The notes beneath the pieces are model-generated. The model made no database searches. It was given only the letters and a program-made list of their open reading frames with translations, and had not been told where the DNA came from. A DNA stretch of 63,284 nt, filler included, from Octopus bimaculoides (lineage: Eukaryota), in NCBI RefSeq assembly GCF_001194135.2. It is 6 parts of 6 records of this genome, joined end to end, with 100 filler letters (N's around TTAATTAATTAA, not from the genome) between each part and the next. Parts side by side here need not be neighbours in the genome. Positions count along the whole stretch, not along the records: positions 21,582 to 28,329 come from NC_068994.1; positions 28,430 to 51,866 come from NC_069002.1; 4 more parts are not named here. The stretch is one strand, 5' to 3'. Of the stretch, positions 25,660 to 37,685 are shown piece after piece. The stretch's first letter is position 1, and each line of letters starts with the position of its first letter. A program made the position numbers and the translations under genes.

Positions 25660-25768
25660 AGTAGCCCTTCGTGGCAACGAACTATAACTCACACTTTGAG
25701 CCAGTTGTTCTATAATGAATGAGACACGGCACAATGTTACCTTGGAGAAAGGAAAGAAACACTTCTCC
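25660..25768 (+). other. Candidate exon (possible start exon, CDS 25715-25768 MNETRHNVTLEKGKKHFS)
   Basis: Acceptor CTCTCTCCCGCAG and donor TCC|GTGAGT; no homology recognised. Confidence 0.25.
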
Positions 25769-25999
25769 GTGAGTTGTTGAGTAACTTGGCTGGCTTTCGG
25801 TAGGATGGTGACGGTGGTCCATTTTGTTTTCATTTCGTAACTCGACTGGAATAACCTGATTTCTATTTATCTCTCTTTGTTCAATATGTCTTTTTCTCCT
25901 ACCCCTATTACCCTTATATGTATATATATATATTACATATAGATAAGTATATTTATACACACATATATCTATATACCTCTCCATTTATCCATATCCATA

Positions 26000-26053
<54 letters not shown>

Positions 26054-26106
26054 TATGATATATAGGTAGATAGATATAGATATATATATTCAAAGAGATA
26101 AGTATA

Positions 26107-26142
<36 letters not shown>

Positions 26143-26242
26143 TCTATCCATCTATGTATACTTACATATATACATACATGCATACATGCGTGCATGCATA
26201 CATAGCTACATACATACATATATACATATGTGCATACATGCT

Positions 26243-26279
<37 letters not shown>

Positions 26280-26519
26280 TAGTGAAATGATCCCTAATCT
26301 AACGTACGAACTAGAAGCAGGAAACATTTACTTCCGCTCAAGAACACCCCCAAATACTTCCCAAATTCTACTTCGTACATTTGAGGTAATTTTGCTCACA
26401 GTTCTAATGAAGGGCTCCTAACTAATTAGTCAACACATTTGTTGTACAGTAAATGAATCAATTAAATAATTTATGCTGTTCCTCTTTTTTGGGGGGGTTT
26501 GAAACAAATATTCTTGTCC

Positions 26520-26700
26520 TTGTGCTTGTCTTTTAATCTTTCTGACACTTTGATGAATTGGAGAAAACCCATAGACGCTCTTGTCCACTGTTGTTCGCTT
26601 TGTACCGAGTTTGTAAACTATTCCATGTTCTCTTGAAGTTTATAAATTCTTATGACATCATCAGCATACAATTCTCGCAGGTAAGAAAAGGAGTTTCTAG
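26520..26700 (-). mobile_element. Degenerate LINE reverse-transcriptase fragment
   Basis: Minus frame LRELYADDVIRIYKLQENME*F contains the YADD motif. Confidence 0.4.
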
Positions 26701-26931
26701 AATTATTAGAAGAATTCAAAGAATACTTTGGTTCAATGGTAGAACGTCTCTCATATTTACAGAAGATGTGGATTCGTGTTCAACAGGCAACCTTCAACTC
26801 TTTCAATTAAAAGGGGTTTTAATCCAATATTTGCATATTGCTAATTTTATCTGTAACTGTTTAGAGCTTCACCGTTCTCTCCAAGTATATAAATTATGAC
26901 GTAACAATACATGCATACATTCATACACACA

Positions 26932-26965
<34 letters not shown>

Positions 26966-26977
26966 CATACATACATA

Positions 26978-27556
26978 GGGAGAGAAACTGTGTACAGTTG
27001 TGGAAATCAGCTGCCCAACGGATGTTAACATAAAGCTGAAGATCAGTGAAAAAGAAAATACCTGTACTAAACTACGTACGCTGAAATCTGCAGTTACAAG
27101 TTCTGGCTTGTACCTGTCCTGTAATCATTTGGGTACTTTGGATATGTAACACAATGCCTAAATACCGATCTTGCGAAATTAGGCGTCTCAAAACCAGAAA
27201 GGAGAAAGCTAATTCGAAGACTACTGATCCAAGCTATCATTAGTACCTGTTGTTGATGTACACAATTCCAATGAAGGCGCCTTGAATCTAGGTTCGAAAC
27301 CGGTTCGAAACCGACTCTTTTTCTTTTGACAAGAAATATATATGAGCAACTGTAGATATGCAACTATATGCATGAGAATACATACATAAAGTAAAACATA
27401 CAAATCTGCACATATACATACATACATACATACAAACAAACAAACAAAAATACCCTGTTGTTGATGTTGAAATTCCAATGAAGGAGCCTTGGATCTAGGT
27501 TAGAAACCGGTTCTTTCTCTATTGGCAAGAAATCTTGAAATAAAACTGTATAATGA
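26978..27556 (+). mobile_element. RLE LINE 3' end with duplicated 3' UTR, in (CATA)n
   Basis: REKLCTVVEISCPTDVNIKLKISEKENT...GYVTQCLNTDLAKLGVSKPERRKLIRRLLIQAII; the 3' UTR occurs at ~27246-27345 and again at ~27452-27556, each followed by CATA repeats. Confidence 0.8.
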
Positions 27557-28186
27557 CATACATACATACATACATACATACATACATACATACATGCACA
27601 GAAACAGACAGACAGTAAGACAGGCATGCAGACAAAAGCAAGCATGCATACAAGTACACAGGAACTAGCTCATTTAACTAACAAAACTTAGAAATCCGAA
27701 TATTTGAGCGAGGTTTTTTTTTTCTTTAAAGGAAACAAAGAGAATTAATAGCCACAAATAACGCAAATAGAAAATAAATGAAATAAACAAATAAAATAAA
27801 TAAAACGTAGAATCAAACAAAATAAATGAATAAATATAGCGAAATAGAATGTAAATATAAAAGAGGCAGAAATCGTTTTTTTATTTTATTTTTTCGTTTC
27901 TTTAGCAGAATTGTATAATCCGAAGGAAATTGAAACGAAACGAAGAAAAGTTTGGTTTACTCAACAGAAAATATGCTTTTAGCAGAGAGTTTTAAATACA
28001 AGGAGAGATGGAGGAAGGGAGGGGGCGAGAGAGGAGGAGAGAGATAAAGAGAGAGAGAGAGAGAGCGCGCGAGAGAGAGAGAGAGAGCGCGAGAGAGAGA
28101 GAGAGAGAAAGAGAGAGAGTAAGAGGCGGGGAAAAAAAAAGAGTTAAAGAGATAAAGACAGAAAGACACCTATCTATCTATCTATG

Positions 28187-28248
<62 letters not shown>

Positions 28249-28954
28249 CCTGTCTGTCTGTCTGTCTGTCAATCTGTCTGTTTATCTGTTCCTGTCTGTC
28301 TGTACCTTTCATCCTTTTGGGGTCGATGGNNNNNNNNNNNNNNNNNNNNNNNNNNNNNNNNNNNNNNNNNNNNTTAATTAATTAANNNNNNNNNNNNNNN
28401 NNNNNNNNNNNNNNNNNNNNNNNNNNNNNTATATATATATATTGTCAATATAGATATAGGGCAGGGAATTGTCAATTAATTAATTAATAATTAACAATTT
28501 TGCCAAGTAGTTCATTATGCAAAAAACCTTTATCGGTAAAACATTTATAATTATAAACATAATATAGAGATCAGCAAAAGTTGCTTCACCAACATACTGA
28601 AAATATAGAAATAGCAGCTATAACTACTAATTCTAACTACAGTTAAGTCTCTAACGGATAGCAATATTCATGTCTCACATAGCGGGACTATTCGTGACAC
28701 ACATGGTGGAATTTTGGGGAGAAATACGGAATTTACTAGTCGATATAAATTTGGAGATGCTGATTTTTTTTACGTGATATTTGATGTCGCATTGTCAAAT
28801 GTACGTGGGTTTATTAGCATTTTCAGATATATAATTTTGAATGTCATGCTGAAGAGTGAAATGAATTTTTATAAAATTCTAATCACGAAACGTCGTACAT
28901 GATTAACTAACGGCAGGTTTGTTCTGTTTATTTTTCCTCTCTTATTAAATGTAA

Positions 28955-29796
28955 GACATGAATATCGCTATCCGATCCACCGGAACTCAGCTATCGCGCA
29001 CAATGCCAGATTCAATATATTGATGGCAGACCTCGTCAGAGTAATGCGAAATGTGTCCCGCATGTGCGACCCTACAGAGTTAAAGAGACACATACAACAT
29101 TTCGTTCACCTCATGCAGTTTTCAGGTTACAACCATAAAGAAAGGATCAGACTACACGAAGGAGCTATGAGGAAATTTGAAACTATCAATCGTAACGATA
29201 GGAATGGGATTTGCCCACTTTATAGGAGCAAGTCATGGAACACCATTGAAAGGATTAAGAAGAAAATAGGGAAGGCCACCTCATGGTATGATAGCCACAA
29301 ATACCAGAGCGCCATGTTCGTCGACACAACTCCTATAGGCGAACTGGCGTACCGCTTTAGAAGGGCCCTAGACAAACTTAAGCTAAGAATTAAGGTTGTT
29401 GAAAGGTCAGGCAACCCTATCAAATCCCTTATCGGTAGAACCTACCCATTTAGTGGAACCCCATGTACTGGTAGGAACTCTACTGTATGTAGATTTAGCC
29501 CACAAACAAACTGTAAAGCCAGAAATGTAGTCTATAGTATAAGATGTACAGAGGGACGATGCAGTAACAAGACAACGACGCACGTAGGCGAAACGGCACG
29601 GAGCATAGGAGAGGGAGTAAATGGACATTGCAGGGAACTTAAGGAAGAGAAGAGCTCATCAGTTCTGTACCAGCAGGCTGAACAGGAACGCGGAGGCTCA
29701 CTCAACAACATAGAAGTTAAAATCTTGTCCACACATAGAACAGATGCAACACACATAATAGAAGATAAACCAAGCCTGAATAGGAAACTGGAATAG
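28955..29796 (+). mobile_element. Penelope-like element (Neptune-like Cys-rich linker), 5'-truncated: RT thumb/linker plus GIY-YIG endonuclease
   Basis: SGYNHKER...PLYRSKSW...WY...MFVDTTP...IKVVERSG...C...C...CKARNVVYSIRC...HVGETARSIGE...PSLNRKLE. The catalytic motif is eroded (YIG to HVG). Confidence 0.9.
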
Positions 29797-29874
29797 AACA
29801 CTAGCACACACCCCCAACACACCACAACATATAAGAATAAAATTTTAAAAAACTGATAACAATATAAGCAAAAT

Positions 29875-31415
29875 ATAATACAATACACAGATAAACAAAT
29901 GGAATGAAATAACTATGTACGTTAACAAAATTAAATTAAATACAAAAAAAGAAAGAATAGACAAAAATAATAATAACAAGTAGATATAAACACATGAACA
30001 AATAAATAAACACAAATCAAACGAACGTGTATAAACAGGGGATACAGATAATACAGGCACTTACTAAACATAGAAACACATAGGGGGATACGCATGCGCA
30101 AATAACGACACATACAATAGGAATACAAAATACAAAATGGCTGATCGTTAGTAAGGAAATACACACAAATAGGAAAGAAGAAATCGAAGGACCACTGATG
30201 AGGTCACAGAAGTGTGACGAAAGAACTCTAGCCGAAATATGTTTAATGTAATGTAAAATAAAGCTGAAGCAAATTAACACCAAATATATAGTGCGCGTGT
30301 TTTTATTGGCTAAACTGACAACATGACCATCCCCAAATACAACAATATACTCTTTTACTTGTTTCACTCATTTGACTGCGGCCATGCGGGAGCACCGCCT
30401 TTAGTTGAGCAAATCAACCCCTGGATCTATTCTATCGATCTCTATTGCTGAACCGCTAAGTCACAGGGACGTAAGCACACCAGCATCAGTTGTCAAGCGA
30501 TGTTGAGGGGACAAACAAAAACACACAAACACACACACACATATATANNNNNNNNNNNNNNNNNNNNNNNNNNNNNNNNNNNNNNNNNNNNNNNNNNNNN
30601 NNNNNNNNNNNNNNNNNNNNNNNNNNNNNNNNNNNNNNNNNNNNNNNGGCTAGAGTTCTTTCGTCATACTTCTGTGACCTCATCAGTGGTCCATTGATTT
30701 CTTCTCTCCTATTTGTGTGTATTTCCTTACTAACGATCAGCCATTTTGTATTTTGTATTCCTATTGTATGTGTCGTTATTTGCGCATGCGTATCCCCCTA
30801 TGCTTGTCTATGTTTAGTAATTGCGTATGTGTGTATGGGGAGTGCCTGTATTATCTGTATCCCCTGTTTATACACGTTCGTTTAATTTGTGTTTATTTAT
30901 TTGTTCATGTGTGTATACCTACTTGTTATTATTATTTTTTGTCTATTATTTTTTGTCTATACAATACACAGATAAACAAATGGAATTAAATAACTACATA
31001 CGTTAACAAAATTAAATTAAATACAAAATCTACTATAAACACATGAACAAATAAATAAAAACAAATTAAACGAACATGTATAAACAGGGGATACGTATAA
31101 TACAGGCACTCCCCACACATGCACATGCACTTACTAAATATAGACAAACATAGCCACACATAGAGGGATACGCATGCACAAATATAGACACATACAATAG
31201 GAATACAAAATATAAAATGGCTGATCGTTAATAAGGAGGGACACACAAATAAGAAAGAAGAAAGCAAAGGACCACTGATGAGGTCACAGAAGTGTGACGA
31301 AAGAACTCTAGCCGAAATACGATTAATGTAATATAAAGATGAAGCAAATTAACACCAAATATAAAGTGCGTGTGTTTTTATTGGCTAAACTGGCAACTTG
31401 ACCATCCCCAAATAC
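29875..31415. repeat. PLE pseudo-LTR cluster: direct (~29875-30355), inverted (~30648-30960) and direct (~30960-31415) copies
   Basis: Shared blocks such as CAATACACAGATAAACAAATGGAAT and GGACCACTGATGAGGTCACAGAAGTGTGACGAAAGAACTCTAGCC; copies 1 and 3 are ~1080 bp apart. Confidence 0.8.
30355..30547 (-). mobile_element. CORE-like SINE 3' half inserted at the end of the first pLTR
   Basis: TTTGACTGCGGCCATGCGGGAGCACCGCC...TTGTCAAGCGATG. Confidence 0.85.
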
Positions 31416-32804
31416 AATATATATATATATATATATATAAAATATTTTGTTTAAAAGACTTCCAACACTGTTTGTTTTTTATGTTTTATTTATATTCCTG
31501 CAGAACCAATGTGGGGTATAGAATATGGAATATACAATATATAATATAATATACAATATATANNNNNNNNNNNNNNNNNNNNNNNNNNNNNNNNNNNNNN
31601 NNNNNNNNNNNNNNNNNNNNNNNNNNNNNNNNNNNNNNNNNNNNNNNNNNNNNNNNNNNNNNNNNNNNNNNNNNNNNNNNNNNNNNNNNNNNNNNNNNNN
31701 NNNNNNNNNNNNNNNNNNNNNNNNNNNNNNNNNNNNNNNNNNNNNNNNNNNNNNNNNNNNNNNNNNNNNNNNNNNNNNNNNNNNNNNNNNNNNNNNNNNN
31801 NNNNNNNNNNNNNNNNNNNNNNNNNNNNNNNNNNNNNNNNNNNNNNNNNNNNNNNNNNNNNNNNNNNNNNNNNNNNNNNNNNNNNNNNNNNNNNNNNNNN
31901 NNNNNNNNNNNNNNNNNNNNNNNNNNNNNNNNNNNNNNNNNNNNNNNNNNNNNNNNNNNNNNNNNNNNNNNNNNNNNNNNNNNNNNNNNNNNNNNNNNNN
32001 NNNNNNNNNNNNNNNNNNNNNNNNNNNNNNNNNNNNNNNNNNNNNNNNNNNNNNNNNNNNNNNNNNNNNNNNNNNNNNNNNNNNNNNNNNNNNNNNNNNN
32101 NNNNNNNNNNNNNNNNNNNNNNNNNNNNNNNNNNNNNNNNNNNNNNNNNNNNNATATTTATATTTATATATTTGATCCTTTATATTGAACACTCAATATT
32201 TCATCTACATTCAATACTTTATTTCATGGTGCCATCCATTTTCATTTTATTTTATTTTATATTATATATTGTATATTATATTATATATTGTATATTCCAT
32301 ATTCTATACCCCACATTGGTTCTGCAGGAATATAAATAAAACATAAAAAACAGACAGTGTTGGAACTCTTTTAAACAAAATAATATATTCCTCTATACAC
32401 AATCATACAAAAAAAACACCTTTTTTTATTTATTTTTACTCGCATATATATATATATATATATATTTTTTTTTTTTTTCTAAGTCTCTTTAAAGGAGACT
32501 ACGGCAGCGGTACTGGATATTGAAAGCTACCACCAAGCCAACATGGCAGTCCAGAAGAAAGGACGAATGCTGCCGTTTATTAGTTCCAAGAGGCCATCGC
32601 CTCTAGCTAGCTATGTGATACACGAACCTGTGTCCATTATAGCCTTCGAACATGGGAGGTCAGCCGCTTCCCTTGCTGGTCTGGCTTCTACAGACTAGTT
32701 TCGGGGTATTGCCCCTTATCCATGTAGAGCAGCCGAACCCAGCAGGCGTCGCTACTGACCGTCTGTACGAAGGATTATTTACCTAAATTCAGTGGAATAC
32801 AGCC

Positions 32805-33372
32805 ATGCTCTCTTCCTTCAGGAGAACCGCTCACGGCATCTAATAATATCAGAGACTTAGGTGTAATTGCTGATAACAATCTCAGTTGGAGTGCCCACAT
32901 CGACAATAATGTCGATTTAGCCCGTAGGATAAGCTCCTAGATCTTAAGAACCTTCCAGTCCAGAGAACAAGGTGTCATCATTCCACTTTTCTCCTCTTTT
33001 GTACGGCCACACCTTGAATACTGCTGCCCCTTGTGGTCTCCCCATACAAAACAAAACATCTCGAGGATTGAATCACCCCAGAGGGCACTCACTAAACGAA
33101 TTGAAGGCATGACTGATCTTGATTACTGGGACTGCCTTAAAACCTTGAAGCTCTACTCTCTCCAGCGCCGCCGCGAGCGATACATCATTTGTATGATGTG
33201 GAAAATATACCGCTAGCATTGCCCAAACGACCCGAACATTAGTTTCAAGGTTCATCCAAGGCTGGGACCACGGGCCATACGTCCCCTGCCCAATTCAGGA
33301 TCACAGCATATAGGCACACTGCGACATAATTTCTTTTCTTCAACAGGCCCTTCCCTATTTAACATTGTCCCA
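32805..33372 (+). mobile_element. CR1/L2-group LINE, RT C-terminal fragment
   Basis: IRDLGVIADNNLSWSAHI...FVRPHLEYCCPLWSPH...IESPQRALTKRI...LKTLKLYSLQRRRERY; internal stops. Confidence 0.9.
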
Positions 33373-34657
33373 TTGTACTGCATCGGCTATCATTGCATTT
33401 GGATACAGTGAATGTTTGATTTTTGTTGCTATTGTAAATATTGGCAGTTAGCTCAGTGTTTCCCCTCACAAGGTTTTCACACTACATACAGTTAATGCTA
33501 TGCGGATTTTTTCTTTATATATATAAATATAAGTCTATTCATTTGTGTGTCTATGTATGTGTGTAGTGTGTGTATATAGCCGTGTGAATGGGAGGAGCAA
33601 CAGTAGAAAATCTACATCGGTATCGTTGGGTTGAATCAAAAGCTCTTTACCACCATTTTCTCTATTATTGTAGTTGGTGTTGCTGCTGTTGTCCTTGTTG
33701 CTGTTATTGTAACTGTTGTTGTTGTTGTTCTACTGTTGCTATTGTTGTTGTTGTTGTTGTTGTTATATTTTCTGGTGCAGCTATTGTCGTTGTTGCTGTT
33801 GTTGTTTAACCCTAGGTCACCTCTGATCCTGGAAACCACATATCACAGACATTCCAGTTTTAATCATGCATTTCTCTTTTCTTTCCCTTAAGAACAGTAT
33901 CCAGTATAATCTGTCCTTCATTCGACGAAGATTTTAGTGTTATTTCTAGTTGGTCAAGCAACCACATAGCAAACTCCTTCATTGAATGTCCGAATCTATA
34001 CACTGGCAACAAAGCGCTGTCCTTTTTTCACTAACCCTCTCTGTCTTACTGGAATCGCGAGGTTACCAAGATTTTTTGTTATACTACTGTACCTGTGGTG
34101 TGTTATTCCCTGTTCAGAGTAAAGTAGATTGTACACAAGGAGGGGGAATAGAGAGGGAAGAGGAGAAAGAAGAAGAAGAAGAAGAAGAAGAAGAAGAAGA
34201 AGAAGAAGAAGAAGAAGAAGAAGAAGATAACGACATCAGCTGAGTAAATTAATATTTTTTTATTTCTTTACATTGAAAGCAAATAAGACAAGCNNNNNNN
34301 NNNNNNNNNNNNNNNNNNNNNNNNNNNNNNNNNNNNNNNNNNNNNNNNNNNNNNNNNNNNNNNNNNNNNNNNNNNNNNNNNNNNNNNNNNNNNNNNNNNN
34401 NNNNNNNNNNNNNNNNNNNNNNNNNNNNNNNNNNNNNNNNNNNNNNNNNNNNNNNNNNNNNNNNNNNNNNNNNNNNNNNNNNNNNNNNNNNNNNNNNNNN
34501 NNNNNNNNNNNNNNNNCATACATATATATATATACATATATACATACATATATATATATACATATATACATATGTACATATATATATATATACACAAATA
34601 TATATATACATACATATATATACAAATACATACATACATATATATACATATACAAAT

Positions 34658-34753
<96 letters not shown>

Positions 34754-35189
34754 TATAGAATATTCTTGAAGAGTAAGCCAAAATGTCTGAACATGTATTT
34801 GTGCGCGCATGTGAGTGTGTGCGTGCGTGCGCGCTCTTCTGTGTAAGAGAGAAATTATGTGTATTCATGTGAATATGTTTGTATGCCTGTGTCTCTATGC
34901 ATACGTGTGCGAGGTGGAAATAATCCAGAAGACGTCAGTTTAAAACAAGCTTTAAGTCGTTAAAGCTTCGTCTGATTTCTACTGACAGATTGTCACACAC
35001 AGAGAACAGTTTAACAAAAATGCCTAGCAGCAAGAACCTCGGGCAGAAGCTGTAGAATCTCGTGGAAATTCAGCCACTTCTATTGTTACCTTAATAATAT
35101 GAAATCAACCCGTGTACTTCAAAAGTACTCCAGTTACACCACCCGAAAGAAACCACAAACCTACAAATGTATAACATTCATTCTACTAA

Positions 35190-35330
35190 TGGCACAAGGC
35201 CTGGATTTTTTTGTGAGGAGGACAATCGATCACATCGACCCCAGTACTCGACTGGTACTTAATTTATCGACCCCTGAAAGGATGAAAAGCAAAGTCGACA
35301 TCAGCGGCTACAAACGTATATTATTAAGAC
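35190..35330 (-). mobile_element. Nin-domain-like SINE fragment
   Basis: ATCGACCCCAGTAC...CTGGTACTTAATTTATCGACCCC.GAAAGGATGAAA. Confidence 0.75.
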
Positions 35331-35585
35331 AATGTGATTGATCAAGCGAGTTAATCCTCAGAACCATATCTCTTTTTTTATAAGTCTTTTAATGTCAGTC
35401 GAGCGGTGTGACACGATTTTCCCCGGAAAGATCTATAGTCTCATGGGGTTGCTGTAAGTTTGCTTTATAAGGAGTCTGGTGTAAGTAGAGGTGATTATCA
35501 ATAATCTCGAAACACTCTACTGATATGCTCGAGTACTCGCATTATGCCTGATCGATTGTTGGCGCTATGTCCTTAATTTTTACGA

Positions 35586-36139
35586 GAGATAATATTTATC
35601 CCCACTCAAACGGGGATGTTCTATTAGAACAAACTATACTGCTGCAGATACCATGAGAGGAACTCTCATATTGGCTTTATGGTGCAAAATGCATCCTTGT
35701 TCATATCGCCAGCGGGGAGATAAATCCCCGCCACCTCCAGCGTCGAGACCACCAGATCATGTGATTTCAACCTTCTTTAGTCTCGTCAATGATGGACGCT
35801 CGACCGCAAGAGATAGCAGTGACTTGTCTCTCCGACAGCGATATACAGAAAAACAGTGTCAGAACAGGCGCTGGCGTCGTGATTAGCCTGTGAGCTTGTT
35901 TTAAAATAGTAACAGGCAACAGAGGCAGTATTAATAATATGAGATAATATTTATCCCCACTTAAATGTGGATATTCTATTAGAACAAGCAAAATTCTGCG
36001 GTAGATACCATGAGAGTAATCCTCATATTCGCTTTTGGTGTAAAATGCACTCTTACTTATATTGCCATGCGGGGATAAATCCCTGCCATCTCCAGCGCGG
36101 AAACCACCAGATTAAGTGATTTCCACCTTCCTTGGTCTC
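35586..36139. repeat. Diverged direct duplication of ~199 bp (35586-35784 and 35941-36139)
   Basis: Both begin GAGATAATATTTATCCCCACT and align through ...GTGATTTC.ACCTTC.TT.GTCTC. Confidence 0.85.
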
Positions 36140-37609
36140 ATTACGATTTTTCTCGTTCTCTGGCCAAACGAAGCTGGATTTATTGAGATTTCATCCTAAT
36201 ATACTTCATTTACATTATTTACATTTAAGCAGATATTTGTCCTCATCTCCTAAATATAGAACTATTTCGTCCTAATAGTTTAATTTCTTGTACAAAGGGC
36301 CGTCCTCATTAGTTTGATCCGCTGATCTGTAGAGGTTTGATCTACAAGACTGTAGGAGGTCTGTTCCATCAGGATGTAGGAGTCTACGAAACCAGATTGT
36401 AGATATCCAACCCTCCAAACTCTAGCAGTTTGATCCACCAGGTTGTAGAGGTCTACAACACGAGCTGTAGAGTTTTCATACACCATTCTCAAGAGATGTG
36501 ATCAACCAGTGTCAAGAGTTCTAATCCAGCAGTCTCTAGAAGTCTGATCCACTTGACTGGTTTTTATTTGCTTCAATACAGATAAAATATTTAATAGTAA
36601 GTCAATGCCTTTTTACCGGTTGTGGAACGTATTAAATATAATTACACGAAACTTTCAAGTTTTTTGGTGACAAGGTGTCGTTAGAGTGCCGAGCACACTA
36701 AGTTATCGTATTTGTTCTTAATCTCTGAGTTGTAAGCTCAGACTGCGCTGAGGGCAGTATCATCTTTCAATCTTTCCTCTTCTGTAAGTGAACTGTGACC
36801 AACCAGTTTGTTTGTTTGTCCCTTTAAGTTCTACTCGTAATACAATTGTCTAGCCTTGTTGCGTGTGTTGCACACCGATTCAGAATGTGAACTGCGTTAA
36901 TGGCACATAGGACGATGGAATACTCAGCCAGTTAGTGAGATGTTAATTTCAACTAACTGCTCACCAGTGAAACCGACGGAGAACCCAAACTTTTAGTCGC
37001 TCTGTCGTCGCACTACGAATATGTGTTAGTAAATATATTAATAAATATTTATAAACTAGTACCATAGCCACGTCACCTTGTATTAATTAAACACTAAATA
37101 GTCATTAAAAGAAAATGTAAATCACTTTCTTTAGTGAATAATTTTTTTAAATATTTTAGTATTTTTTAATAACTTTATTTTTCTGTCCGTGAGCTGTGAA
37201 CTTGCATCATTGAGTCTGTTTTTGTAATCAAAATAATAATTGTGAGAGATTTTCTTCGTCTAAACCAAAACCGCAGTCTTATTTAAACCTGGCCGTAAAT
37301 TAATGCTATAGTTAGAAATTCAAGTATTTTCACCTTGTTAAATCACCGACAACAGAGCAAACGGTTGATTTTTTTTTTTTTATTCATACAATTGTTCTCT
37401 CATTAGTTTGATCTGTGGTCTGTAGCATGACTTGCCAAAGGTATGCCAAAACAACTACGAGTAAACACGACGGTTCTTGTTTGCGTGACTTGCATATAAT
37501 GTCTGAGGTTATAACCCCAATAATATTTTAATTCAAAACTAAAATATAGTTTTAGAGTATGTTTTTAAATATATTTTCAATATAAAATATATTTTCACAA
37601 AAATGGCGA

Positions 37610-37685
37610 ATGGAGTTCCAAATAATTTTGTTTTTTTGTTTTCCATTGTTAAATGTGCTGGTGTTTTGGAGCTCCGCAAATATTG
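37610..37685 (+). CDS. Candidate signal-peptide first exon (MEFQIILFFCFPLLNVLVFWSSANI, phase-1 donor)
   Basis: ATG, hydrophobic core, S-S-A cleavage-like site and G|GTGAGA donor. T-rich DNA can mimic this. Confidence 0.25.

Noticed and set aside
27465-27520. CCAATGA...GAAACCGGTT hammerhead-like layout in the RLE 3' UTR
   Set aside because: The core is CCAA rather than CUGA; more likely an ordinary 3' UTR stem-loop.
29875-31415. CRISPR-like or LTR-retrotransposon interpretation of the repeats
   Set aside because: The repeats are long with mixed orientation, have no spacers and no TG...CA/PBS; they directly follow a GIY-YIG PLE ORF.
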